The notes under the pieces: model-generated | Seen by the model: the letters and a program-made list of their open reading frames with translations, nothing else | The model's database searches: none | Told to the model about the DNA's origin: nothing | Part shown: positions 38,016-47,588 of the stretch, one piece after another | How positions within the stretch are numbered: position 1 is the stretch's first letter | Layout of the letters: each line of letters begins with the position of its first letter | From: Parcubacteria group bacterium Gr01-1014_17 | GTDB lineage: Bacteria; Patescibacteriota; Minisyncoccia; Phycocordibacterales; UBA10002 | Reading direction: 5' to 3' | Assembly (NCBI GenBank): GCA_007376285.1 | Contig: VMFZ01000005.1 | Span: 699-64,698, forward strand | Length of the DNA: 64,000 nt | Program-made: the position numbers and the translations under genes

Positions 38016-38048
38016 CAAGCCCCGTTCAAATGGACGGGGCTTTTCTGT
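38016..38048 (+). terminator. Rho-independent terminator (AGCCCCGT-loop-ACGGGGCT followed by TTTTCT)
   Basis: An 8 bp GC-rich stem with a T-tract, directly after the island's last ORF. Confidence 0.55.
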
Positions 38049-38063
38049 ACTATATGGTAATAT

Positions 38064-39428
38064 TTGTCGGCGCGGCGATATCTTTTCTTTTTCCCGAATT
38101 GCGTCGGCGACCAATTGCAGAAAATTGCCGCGGCGCGGAATGATATACGCATCGTCTTTTTGGTTCTGAAAAAGGATTACGAACGCTACAAGCTGTTTCT
38201 GACTCGATTTCCCAGTGAACGCGTTATTGTGGAATCAGTATTACTTTCTTTCCAGAGAACTTTTTTTCAGAAGATTGTCCGCTTTTTTTATTCGTACCTT
38301 CTCTATACCAACACGACGCGTATTCTCGCAACGATGGGTATGCGCCCAGGCGAACCTCCCGCGGGAGGCAATCGTTTTATGGCGCCGCTCAAATGGCTCA
38401 TCGCGAACTCATTTGGGCGTTCGCGTTTTGTGCGTTTGAAAGTCGCGCCCTTTTTGCATTATCTCGCATTCAAGGACAGGCCGCTCGCTCCGTTGTTTGA
38501 GAAATACCGTCCCGATGCGGTATTTCTCTCCAGCATGTACGACCGTTTTGAAACACAAGTTATTCCGGAAGCAAAACGCCGCGGCATAAGAACCATCGCC
38601 ATGCCCGCGAGTTGGGACCATGTGGACAAATATTATTTGCCGTTCCATGCGGATATATTCGTGGCGCACAGCGAGCAGATAAAGCGCGCGGCAATCCGTT
38701 TCCAAAGTTATGCGCCCGAGTCCATCGTCGTGACTGGTTACCCGCATTTTGATTTTTTGGCGAGCAGAGAGTCGGTGCTTTCGCGCGAAGATACGCTCAA
38801 GGATCTCAACTTGCCGGCGGACTCACGCTACATTTTGTACGTGTCGGGAAGCGCGTATTGCCCCGATGAGCCGGACATTGTGGCTGAAATGTTGAAGTGG
38901 GTTGACGCTGGCGCGTTCGGCGAGAACACTTATATTGTTTTGCGACCGTACCTCGGTTCGCGAAGCAAAGATAAGGATTTTGACGCAGAAAAATATACGC
39001 GCCTATCGGAACATCCGCGCCTGCGCGTATTTGACAAGCGCGGCGTTGAAAAATTAGACGAGTCGGTGCTCTATCTCAATGTGATGCGGCATTCCGCAAT
39101 GGTGCTTGCTGTGTACAGCACGGTGTTTTTGGAATCAGTTGTGTTTGACCGCCCGCTCGTTGCGGCGCCATTTGACGGGTGGAATACGCGGCCGCTGTAC
39201 CGCTCAATACGGCGTTTTGAAGGATTTGAGCATTTTAAGGATGTTGCAGCGATCGGCGCGATTCGCGCGGCGCGCTCTTTTCCGGAATTGAAAAAAGTTA
39301 TTTCGGATTATCTTGCACATCCTGAACGGGATGCGGAAAAGCGTGAGAAAATGCGTCGCGAAATTTGTTGGAAGCTGGACGGTCGTTCTAGTGAACGATT
39401 AGTGAATCTTATTTTGGAAAATCTGTGA
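38064..39428 (+). CDS. TagF-like GT-B transferase, paralog 2 of 5
   Basis: ASWDHVDKY...VTGYPHFD...ILYVSGSAY...VYSTVFLESVVFDRPLVAAPFD...LDGRSSERL blocks shared with the other paralogs. Apparent TTG start. Confidence 0.4.
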   Translation: MSARRYLFFFPNCVGDQLQKIAAARNDIRIVFLVLKKDYERYKLFLTRFPSERVIVESVLLSFQRTFFQKIVRFFYSYLLYTNTTRILATMGMRPGEPPAGGNRFMAPLKWLIANSFGRSRFVRLKVAPFLHYLAFKDRPLAPLFEKYRPDAVFLSSMYDRFETQVIPEAKRRGIRTIAMPASWDHVDKYYLPFHADIFVAHSEQIKRAAIRFQSYAPESIVVTGYPHFDFLASRESVLSREDTLKDLNLPADSRYILYVSGSAYCPDEPDIVAEMLKWVDAGAFGENTYIVLRPYLGSRSKDKDFDAEKYTRLSEHPRLRVFDKRGVEKLDESVLYLNVMRHSAMVLAVYSTVFLESVVFDRPLVAAPFDGWNTRPLYRSIRRFEGFEHFKDVAAIGAIRAARSFPELKKVISDYLAHPERDAEKREKMRREICWKLDGRSSERLVNLILENL

Positions 39429-40762
39429 AGACCATCTTTATCATTTGCTTCCACCCGCTCATCTCGCGCAATATTTTGAGCGCGCCATTTTTTAAGATAC
39501 TTGCCGGTGTTGCAGGATTGCGCATTGTGTTGGTTGTTTCTGAAAAGAAGATTGATTTCTTTGAGAAGTTTTACCAAAAAGACAATGTCATTATAGAAGG
39601 CATTCCACGGAAATTAAACGAAGCCGATTATTTGTTTAAGGACTTGGCGGCGGCGGCGATTCGCACGCGCACGCGGAAGCTGATACGCAATATGCGCCTT
39701 GGACACGAACGGTGGAATGCGCTTCGCGTGTTTTTTTGGGCACCGCTCATCCGTCCGCTTATTCCAAAGCTTTATGCGTGGTGTATGCCATGCAAGCGGT
39801 ACGCTACACTGTTTGAAAAATACAAGCCCACTGAGGTGTTTGCAACGGATATTTTTAATCCGATGGATGTCATTTTTATGTACGAAGCGAAACAGCGCGG
39901 CATCGCCACCGTCGGAATGGTGCGCTCGTGGGACAACTTGACCGCCAAAGGCGGATTTAGGGTGGTGCCGGACACGCTCGTTGTACAAAACGAGATTATT
40001 AAAAAAGAAGCGCAAGATATTCACGACATTCCGGAAACTAAAATCCGCGTCGTCGGCATTCCGCATTACGACAAATATCGGAATGGCGCGCCAATGCCGC
40101 GAACAGATTTTTGCGCGACACTAGGTATCCCTCCGGAGAGAAAATTTATTTTGTACGCCCCGGTGGGAAATCGATTCTTCACAAAGAATACCTTTGACCG
40201 AGAAATGATACTGATTCTTCGCGCTATACTTCCTGATAATTTTTATCTTTTGGTGCGTACGCCACCAGGCGACCCGGTTGATATGGAAGGAATACCACTC
40301 GACCCGCACATTATTATTGACGAGCCGGGTACGCGGTTTCCGTGGGCGGGGGAGCGGCTGATTGATACGGAAATGTCTCCGCAGGACGATGACTGGCTTG
40401 CCGCAACACTTTCGCATTGCGAGCTTTTGGTTTCCGGCTTCACCACGCTCATTGTTGATGCGGCGCGGTTCGGCAAGCCGATTATTGTGGTGGGTTTTGA
40501 TGCGAAAACGCCTTTGCCATATAACGAAAGCGTCTTGCGCCAGCTTGGGTTCAATCATTTTCAGCCAATCTTAAAAAGCGGCGGCGCGCGAGTGGCGCGG
40601 AATGAAAAAGAATTGAAGCTGGTTATAGATGAGTATCTTGCGAATCCGGAACATGATGCGGAGGCGCGGCAGAGAATGGTTACCGAGCAGTGTTTCAGAT
40701 ATGACGGCAAGTCAAGCGAACGGCTCCTCCGCGTTATTTTGGAGAATATAAAGATATGTTAA
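39425..40762 (+). CDS. TagF-like GT-B transferase, paralog 3 of 5
   Basis: RSWDNLTAKG...VVGIPHYDKY...FILYAPVGN...GFTTLIVDAARFGKPIIVVGFD...YDGKSSERL blocks. Confidence 0.4.
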   Translation: MKTIFIICFHPLISRNILSAPFFKILAGVAGLRIVLVVSEKKIDFFEKFYQKDNVIIEGIPRKLNEADYLFKDLAAAAIRTRTRKLIRNMRLGHERWNALRVFFWAPLIRPLIPKLYAWCMPCKRYATLFEKYKPTEVFATDIFNPMDVIFMYEAKQRGIATVGMVRSWDNLTAKGGFRVVPDTLVVQNEIIKKEAQDIHDIPETKIRVVGIPHYDKYRNGAPMPRTDFCATLGIPPERKFILYAPVGNRFFTKNTFDREMILILRAILPDNFYLLVRTPPGDPVDMEGIPLDPHIIIDEPGTRFPWAGERLIDTEMSPQDDDWLAATLSHCELLVSGFTTLIVDAARFGKPIIVVGFDAKTPLPYNESVLRQLGFNHFQPILKSGGARVARNEKELKLVIDEYLANPEHDAEARQRMVTEQCFRYDGKSSERLLRVILENIKIC

Positions 40763-40772
40763 TCTTGCTCGT

Positions 40773-42566
40773 ATGAACATTTTAGGCCTTAAAATTAAAC
40801 AACATGACACGGGTGCCGCGCTTATTGCCGGCAATCGCGTGGTCGCGATTGCCGAGGAACGGTTGAATCGCGTGAAGCATTCCCGCGATATGTTTCCAAA
40901 TCTCTCCATTGAGTATTGCTTGAACACACTCTGCGTGCGGCCGGAGGAGGTGGATTTAGTGGTACTGGATCAAGTCGGCTCGCATACGAAGCGCCCCTCT
41001 GAAGTTGTTTTTAAGCGAAATGGAGGAGGGCGGTTTACAAAAGCGCGCGTTGAAACCATCAACCATCATGATGCGCACGCGGCGGCGGCTTTTTTCTGTT
41101 CCCCGTTTCTGGAGGCAGGCATATTGATTGTAGACGGCGTCGGAGAGACTCTTCGCGATAATTTGGGGGCGCTCGGCACGGAAACGGAAACCATCTACCG
41201 CGGAGATGAAAATCATCTCGTCATGCTTCAAAAAACCCGCCACCTGCGTGAAATGCTTGGATTTCCCTATACGACCGGCATCGGAAAACTCTACTCATTT
41301 ATTTCAGATGGATACCTTAACTTCGGCGATTACAACGAAGGCAAAATGATGGGTTTGGCGCCCTATGGAGACGGTAGAATTTTGGAAAAGTATCCGCTTT
41401 CGCGCTGGTTTCGCATAGACGCGGAAGGTAGGGTTTTGTGCAACCCGCTCATTTCGTTCGCGGGGCGCGAAGAGTCGAAAGGATTTCGCCAGAAATCATA
41501 TCCGCAGGGTTGGCTGCGATGGTTTCTGAATGAAGCGCTACGGAAAACCGCATACGGGTTGTTTCGCGCCGCATACCGCAGGCGCGAGCCGTCTTTAACG
41601 GAACCAATTTTGTTTGATGAGATTCATTTGCGCAAGCCGCGGCGGAAAGCCGAAACGCTTCCGGAGCCGTATTACGCCGCGGCGGCATACGCGGTACAAA
41701 AGGTGTTGGAAGAGGTAATGGTAGTATGGGGGAAACGGATCAAATCTATGACAGGCGTAGATAATCTATGCCTCGCCGGAGGAGTCGGTTTGAACATTGA
41801 CGCGAATCGAAGGTTCCTGGAGGATGTCGGCTTCAAAAAGCTTTTTGTTCAACCAGCAGCATCCGACACCGGCATTGCGCTTGGGTGCGCGTTGTGGGGC
41901 GCACACCAGATTTTGAGATTGCCCCGTTTTTATGAAATGAAAAGCGCATCGCTCGGTAAAACCTATTTGGAAACAGACATCACCAACGCGCTTGAAAAAT
42001 ACAAAGACAAAATTACGGCGCGCCGTTCGAACGACTTTGCGAGCGATGCCGCAAAGTTAATTGCGAGCGGCAAAATTATCGGCTGGTTTCAGGGCGGGAG
42101 CGAATACGGGCCACGCGCGCTCGGCAACCGCTCTATCATTGGTGATGCCCGCAATCCTGAAATGGCGAACATCATTAACAAAAAAGTGAAGCACCGCGAG
42201 CCGTGGCGGCCATTCGCGGCAAGTGTTCTTGCTGAGAAGCAACGCGAATGGTTTGAGTTGGAACACCCAAGCCCGTTTATGCTTCTTGCCGCGCCGGTGA
42301 TGAAAGAGAAGCGCGCGCTCGTTCCTTCGATTGTGCATATAGATGGGAGTTGCCGTATTCAATCCGTAACAGCGGAAGCAAACGAGCCGTATTATGCATT
42401 GCTTAAAGTGTTTGAAAAAGAGACCGGCGTACCGCTCGTTCTCAATACTTCTTTCAACGACGCGGGCGAACCCATTGTGGAGACGCCCGAAGATGCACTC
42501 CGGTGTTTTTTGAATACGGAAATGGACGCGCTCGTACTTCACAATTGGATTGTAGAGAAGAAGTAA
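40773..42566 (+). CDS. Carbamoyltransferase (NodU/CmcH family)
   Basis: ILGLKIKQHDTGAALI...HHDAHAAAAFF N-domain and the C-terminal Carbam_trans_C region (GPRALGNRSI...HIDGSCRIQ). Confidence 0.8.
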   Translation: MNILGLKIKQHDTGAALIAGNRVVAIAEERLNRVKHSRDMFPNLSIEYCLNTLCVRPEEVDLVVLDQVGSHTKRPSEVVFKRNGGGRFTKARVETINHHDAHAAAAFFCSPFLEAGILIVDGVGETLRDNLGALGTETETIYRGDENHLVMLQKTRHLREMLGFPYTTGIGKLYSFISDGYLNFGDYNEGKMMGLAPYGDGRILEKYPLSRWFRIDAEGRVLCNPLISFAGREESKGFRQKSYPQGWLRWFLNEALRKTAYGLFRAAYRRREPSLTEPILFDEIHLRKPRRKAETLPEPYYAAAAYAVQKVLEEVMVVWGKRIKSMTGVDNLCLAGGVGLNIDANRRFLEDVGFKKLFVQPAASDTGIALGCALWGAHQILRLPRFYEMKSASLGKTYLETDITNALEKYKDKITARRSNDFASDAAKLIASGKIIGWFQGGSEYGPRALGNRSIIGDARNPEMANIINKKVKHREPWRPFAASVLAEKQREWFELEHPSPFMLLAAPVMKEKRALVPSIVHIDGSCRIQSVTAEANEPYYALLKVFEKETGVPLVLNTSFNDAGEPIVETPEDALRCFLNTEMDALVLHNWIVEKK

Positions 42567-42568
42567 TT

Positions 42569-43201
42569 ATGCAGAATATACACTACGGTGTGTTACAGTG
42601 TTACGGTATGAAAAAACCACATTGGTCATGTTGGCGACATCTCAATTATTTATTTTACCAACAGCACCTTTCTGGTTTGCGTGGCACCCTGCTTGATGTC
42701 GGAGTCGGGAAGAGGCACCTCAAAAATTTATTCACTGGTTTTAATTATAAGGGAGTTGATTGGGCGGGAGATGCCGATGTGTTATGTGATTTGAATGCGG
42801 AGTGGCCGTTTCAGAAAGAAAAATTTGATGTCATCATTTGCTCAAACACGCTGGAACATATAAAAAATCCTCATTTTCTCGCCGAGAATATGCTCAAGAG
42901 CTTACGCGGCACTCTATTAGGTACGGTTCCTTATATTACAAAATTACATCAAGAACCGCATGATTATTTCCGTTATACGCCCTACGCGCTTATGGATCTT
43001 TTAGAAGGCGTGAAAATATATCCTCTTGGGAGCGCCATAGACGCGCTTCACTTGATACGGAAAAAAGTCGCTCATGACATGCAGCCGATTTTTAAAAACA
43101 GATTATGGCATTTTGTTAATAAATTGACTGATAGGATAGAACCGAAACTTGATCCTTCTTGGCAAATGCCGTTGGGATATTGGTTTATGGTTAAAAAGTA
43201 A
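42569..43201 (+). CDS. Class I SAM-dependent methyltransferase
   Basis: LLDVGVGKRHL...ICSNTLEHIKNP motifs. The track start at 42503 overlaps the upstream gene, so ATG 42569 is preferred. Confidence 0.55.
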   Translation: MQNIHYGVLQCYGMKKPHWSCWRHLNYLFYQQHLSGLRGTLLDVGVGKRHLKNLFTGFNYKGVDWAGDADVLCDLNAEWPFQKEKFDVIICSNTLEHIKNPHFLAENMLKSLRGTLLGTVPYITKLHQEPHDYFRYTPYALMDLLEGVKIYPLGSAIDALHLIRKKVAHDMQPIFKNRLWHFVNKLTDRIEPKLDPSWQMPLGYWFMVKK

Positions 43202-43213
43202 CTATCTTTAAAA

Positions 43214-44215
43214 ATGATGCCGACGATTTTATATGTGTATGAAGAGCGGATTCTGGAGGCGCTTCGCGCGTTGGTGTTTTCGCATTTTCCTTCCCGTGAG
43301 TTTTCGGTTGAGCAGATGACCTATGCGGCACCGCTTTCTGAACAAAAAGAGAAATTATCGCGTGCCGACGCCGTGTTTTTCGCGCCGGGAAGGTTTTTAT
43401 CCGACGAAGCGATGCACGCGGCTTCGCGCTGTCGGCTCATGCAGTTATGGAGTTCCGGATTTGACAAGTTTAATGTACATGGGGCGACCGCGGCGGGGAT
43501 TCCGGTCGCGACAAACGGCGGCGCAAACGCTTCGTCAGTTGCCGAACACGCCGTTCTTTTGATGCTTGCGGTGTCGCGCCGCCTTCCAGAAATGGATATA
43601 AAGGCGCGGAGCGGACAGTGGGGCGGTAGCAGTTATGGTTTGGAAATGCAGATGCTTGAGAAAAAACGGCTCGGCATTGTGGGGTTCGGGAACATTGGGC
43701 AGAAAGTCGCGGAAAAAGTGGCAGGGTTCGGTATGGAGATTTGTTATTATGACACGCGCCGCGCCGCTCTCGAGGAAGAAAAGCGGCTGAATGTGCGCTC
43801 TATTTCTTTTGACGAATTACTCCGCGCCTCCGACATTATTACCCTACACCTTCATTTAAACGAAACTACCAAACGCCTTATTGATGCGCGCGCGTTTTCT
43901 CTGATGAAAAAGGGCGCGATACTTATTAATGCGGCGCGCGCGGAATTGGTTGACAAAGACGCGTTCTGCAAGGCGCTCAAAACAGGCATCGTGCGCGGCG
44001 CGGGGCTGGATGTATTTGCAGAAGAGCCGCCTCGTTCCGATGATGCACTCTTTTCTTTTCCGACGGTCGTGGCGACTCCACATATTGCCGGTTCAAACCG
44101 TGATGCGTATGAGGAGGTGATGAAGCGCTCGCTTCAGAACATTAAACGCGCGCTCAAAGGAGAAGATATTCTCTGGTCCGTCAACGGATTAATCCGCCGT
44201 AAACTTATCGTATGA
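43214..44215 (+). CDS. D-isomer-specific 2-hydroxyacid dehydrogenase (glycerate/phosphoglycerate dehydrogenase family)
   Basis: LGIVGFGNIGQKVAEK NAD motif and HIAGSN catalytic His region. Confidence 0.75.
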   Translation: MMPTILYVYEERILEALRALVFSHFPSREFSVEQMTYAAPLSEQKEKLSRADAVFFAPGRFLSDEAMHAASRCRLMQLWSSGFDKFNVHGATAAGIPVATNGGANASSVAEHAVLLMLAVSRRLPEMDIKARSGQWGGSSYGLEMQMLEKKRLGIVGFGNIGQKVAEKVAGFGMEICYYDTRRAALEEEKRLNVRSISFDELLRASDIITLHLHLNETTKRLIDARAFSLMKKGAILINAARAELVDKDAFCKALKTGIVRGAGLDVFAEEPPRSDDALFSFPTVVATPHIAGSNRDAYEEVMKRSLQNIKRALKGEDILWSVNGLIRRKLIV

Positions 44216-45030
44216 TAAAATTGATGAAGCGCACATTCTGGAAGATATTCTGGTGTTTCTTTTTGGTATTATGGAAGTGCATTCCCTTGAGGCGCAAAGC
44301 GCTTTTGTTGGAACAGGAGCCGCTTCACGGCGCCCTCGATTGGGATAGAAGTGTTTTACTATCCGTCAGTTCTTTGCAGGACATACGGCGATTGCGTGCC
44401 GCTGGGAGTGAACCCTACACCGCGCGGTGGATTGCAGAAGATATGCGCGACGGCGATTGCCTCTACGATATCGGCGCTTCCGTCGGGGCGTATTCTTTTA
44501 TTGCCGCGCGTGCGCATAAAAACATAACGATTTACGCGTTTGAGCCGTCAGCCGCAAGTTTCGCATCGCTTCTAGCGAATATCGCGCGCAACGGATGTGG
44601 CGCGCGCGTCATTCCTCTTTCAGTAGCTCTTGGCGAACGAACAGGATTTACAACTTTTATCTACGCTTCGCTCTTTTCGGGCGCGACAAAACAGCATGGC
44701 ATCAAAGGCGTGGGCGCACTTTCCGATACACGGCAAGTTGTATACGCATGGGCGCTTGACGACCTTATTGTCGGAGCAAAACTCGCACCGCCGACGCATA
44801 TTAAAATAGATGTAGACGGCTCCGAGATAATGGTAATGCTTGGAATGCTAAAAACACTTGCATTTCCGTCCGTACGACTCGTGCAAGTTGAGGCAAGCCA
44901 GGGGAAGGAAGGTACGGCGGGTACGATTTCCGAAATACTGACTGGTGCCGGGTTTGTATTAGCGGAGACCAATCGCGCGGACAACTTTCGTGCGACCGAT
45001 TACTTATTTCGCCGTGCTTCCGTTATATAG
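44212..45030 (+). CDS. FkbM-family methyltransferase
   Basis: LYDIGASVGAYS...YAFEPSAASF...IKIDVDGSE motifs. Confidence 0.55.
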   Translation: MIKLMKRTFWKIFWCFFLVLWKCIPLRRKALLLEQEPLHGALDWDRSVLLSVSSLQDIRRLRAAGSEPYTARWIAEDMRDGDCLYDIGASVGAYSFIAARAHKNITIYAFEPSAASFASLLANIARNGCGARVIPLSVALGERTGFTTFIYASLFSGATKQHGIKGVGALSDTRQVVYAWALDDLIVGAKLAPPTHIKIDVDGSEIMVMLGMLKTLAFPSVRLVQVEASQGKEGTAGTISEILTGAGFVLAETNRADNFRATDYLFRRASVI

Positions 45031-45033
45031 TAT

Positions 45034-46389
45034 ATGCCGTACAAAAAGATACTCTTTTTTGTAAAGTCATTGCGATTTCTGCGCTATTTTAAAAGTGTGG
45101 TTGAAGCTCTGCTTCGCCGTGGGTTTGCTGTGCATATTGTGTTTGATTCGGAGAAATATGAAGAACCGTCCGACAATTCTCTGGAACAATTTAAAAAAGA
45201 ACACCCGCTTTTTTCATGGGAGAATGGGCCGCTTCGCACCGACCGATGGGCTCGCTTTATCATCGCGTGCCGCAATATACGCAATTACGCTTTTTTGGTT
45301 CGCATCCGCGCGGTAAAGCGCCATACTGACCGGATGTTCCAATATCTTCCTGTCTCGTTGAGGAAAAGCATTGCACGCATGCCGTTTTTGCGGTTTGTGA
45401 TTGCACTGCGCCCCGTGGACTTTTTCTTATCTCTCTGCGAATACATGGTGCCGCCAGATATAAGTATTACGAACTATATTCGCGCCGCGCGTCCGAGCGC
45501 CATACTGGTATCGTACCGCAACTTTCCCTGCACTTCTCCTGATATAGATTATCTTAAGTCAGCAAGAAAGTTACGCATACCCGCGGCAACCATCACGCCT
45601 TCGTGGGACAACCTGACGACTAAATCGCTGATTCAAGTAAAACCAGACGCTGTATTGGTTTGGAACGAAGAGCACGCGCATTCAGTGCATCGCTATCATC
45701 ATATTCCGAAAGAGACCATAAAAATAGTTGGCGCCCCCCAGTTTGATGCGTGGTTTGAACGCCGCGTCCCCTTTCAAATTCGTGAACGCTTTATAGACTC
45801 ATATGGGCTTGACCCGAACCGGAAATTTCTTTTGTATATCTCTTCGGCATCGGCTGGACGGCGCAACCCGAACGCGATTCACCTGCTTCGTGAGGCGTGC
45901 AACGCCAGCACGGACCCGCTCGTGCGCACGATACACATTCTCGTGCGCCCCTATCCAGGATACGAAGGATTTTCAGCAGTAGGGAATATATTCGGCGTCA
46001 CGGTCCTGCCGGCTCCGGCAGAGGGGAGACGCACACTTCAAGATGACGCGCTGTTTTACGATTCCATTTTTCATTCTTTTGCGGTGATTGCTTTGGATAG
46101 TGCGGCGTTTTTTGATGTGATGGCGGTCGGCAGACCGGGCATTGTCTACCGAGATGCGCATTTTTCCGACATTCAAAGTGCTGAACATTTTTCAGCACTT
46201 ATGGGGCGTGGAGCGCTCTATGAGGCGAATTCTGGATATAGGTTCACCTCCCTTGTTTCCAGATTACTTGCCGGTAAGGATGAATTTGCCGCGCGTCGCG
46301 CAGAATATTTAAAAAGATTTATACGCCCGCGCGGCATAGAACGAAGTGCCGGTGAAGCCGTTGCAGATGAAGTAGAAAAATTCTTATGA
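45034..46389 (+). CDS. TagF-like GT-B transferase, paralog 4 of 5
   Basis: PSWDNLTTKS...IVGAPQFDAW...FLLYISSASAG...VIALDSAAFFDVMAVGRPGIVYRD blocks. Confidence 0.4.
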   Translation: MPYKKILFFVKSLRFLRYFKSVVEALLRRGFAVHIVFDSEKYEEPSDNSLEQFKKEHPLFSWENGPLRTDRWARFIIACRNIRNYAFLVRIRAVKRHTDRMFQYLPVSLRKSIARMPFLRFVIALRPVDFFLSLCEYMVPPDISITNYIRAARPSAILVSYRNFPCTSPDIDYLKSARKLRIPAATITPSWDNLTTKSLIQVKPDAVLVWNEEHAHSVHRYHHIPKETIKIVGAPQFDAWFERRVPFQIRERFIDSYGLDPNRKFLLYISSASAGRRNPNAIHLLREACNASTDPLVRTIHILVRPYPGYEGFSAVGNIFGVTVLPAPAEGRRTLQDDALFYDSIFHSFAVIALDSAAFFDVMAVGRPGIVYRDAHFSDIQSAEHFSALMGRGALYEANSGYRFTSLVSRLLAGKDEFAARRAEYLKRFIRPRGIERSAGEAVADEVEKFL

Positions 46390-47588
46390 TTCATTCTCTT
46401 TTCAAGAGATTTCGGCTACATTTTTTCGCACTCGCCGCGCTCGCGCTTTTTCCGCTTCTCGCGATTCTTGCTCGCATTCGTGCGCGGGGACGCACCGGCA
46501 ACGCACCGCGTATATTGGTCGTACCAATACTGACGCGCGTCGGGGATTTGGTGTGTTCAACACCGGTGTTTCGGGAAATAAAGATGCACTTTCCAAACGC
46601 CCACCTTGCAGTGGTCGTCGGTCGGAAAGCAAAGGGAATTCTTGTGCACAATCCACGGATTGACGATCTGATTGATTACAATAATGAGCGTTTTCATGGA
46701 TTTGCTGGACGCTGGAGGTTTTTCTATTTTTTATATTCGCAAAAATTTGACGCGGTATTTTCATTGGGAACGAGCGTTATCGGTACGCTTTCCTGTATTT
46801 TCGCCGCCGCTCCGATTCGTGTGAAGACCGTGGTGGCGCACCCGCCGTTTTTTGAGCGATTGACCGATTGGATGAACACAGATCGGGTAACCTATACGCA
46901 CGGCACATTTCTCCAGAAACATTATGTGTCGCTTCTTTCCGCGCTGGGAGTTCGTTCTGCACAACCGATCAAAGAGGTATTCACGACCGAGGCGGGCGAG
47001 AGGAAAGCGCGCGCATTTTTTGATGGCGCGTTTGGAGGCGTTCCGCCGCTTTTGGTTGGTATGACTGTCTCTGCGGGCAACAAGATAAAAGAATGGCCAC
47101 TGGCGCGTTTCGCGGAGGTTGCGGATATACTGGTGGAGAAATATGGAGCAAGAATTATTTTCATAGACAGTCCGGCGAATCGCGAACGCACTGAAGAGGT
47201 GGTGGGTCTGATGAAACGGCGTGCTGCGGCGTGCGCAATAGATTTTTCTTTGGAAGAACTACCTTCGCTCATTAAACGATTACACGCTTTTGTGGCGGTA
47301 GACACGGGCGCTATTTATATTGCGCACGCGCTTGGCGTTCCATTGGTTGATATTATTGGACCCGTTGAGCCGAATGAACAGCCGCCCTCTGATGAAAAGA
47401 GTGTTCAGGTCCTTCCGGCGAGTGGAATCGAGCCCACCTCATTTGTTTTCTATTCGAATGAGTGTAACGGCAATTATATGCCGGCGGTTCTCTCTATTAC
47501 CGCGCCACAAGTCGTTGCGGCTTTTGAGTTGCTCATTGCGCGCGGATTTGTACGCAATGCGCAACCTTTTTATGAAAAGAATTCGTAA
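46386..47588 (+). CDS. Glycosyltransferase family 9 (heptosyltransferase-like), second copy
   Basis: RILVVPILTRVGDLVCSTPVFREIKMHFPNAHLAVVVG N-terminal GT9 signature and VDTGAIYIAHALGVP. Confidence 0.6.
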   Translation: MIHSLFKRFRLHFFALAALALFPLLAILARIRARGRTGNAPRILVVPILTRVGDLVCSTPVFREIKMHFPNAHLAVVVGRKAKGILVHNPRIDDLIDYNNERFHGFAGRWRFFYFLYSQKFDAVFSLGTSVIGTLSCIFAAAPIRVKTVVAHPPFFERLTDWMNTDRVTYTHGTFLQKHYVSLLSALGVRSAQPIKEVFTTEAGERKARAFFDGAFGGVPPLLVGMTVSAGNKIKEWPLARFAEVADILVEKYGARIIFIDSPANRERTEEVVGLMKRRAAACAIDFSLEELPSLIKRLHAFVAVDTGAIYIAHALGVPLVDIIGPVEPNEQPPSDEKSVQVLPASGIEPTSFVFYSNECNGNYMPAVLSITAPQVVAAFELLIARGFVRNAQPFYEKNS

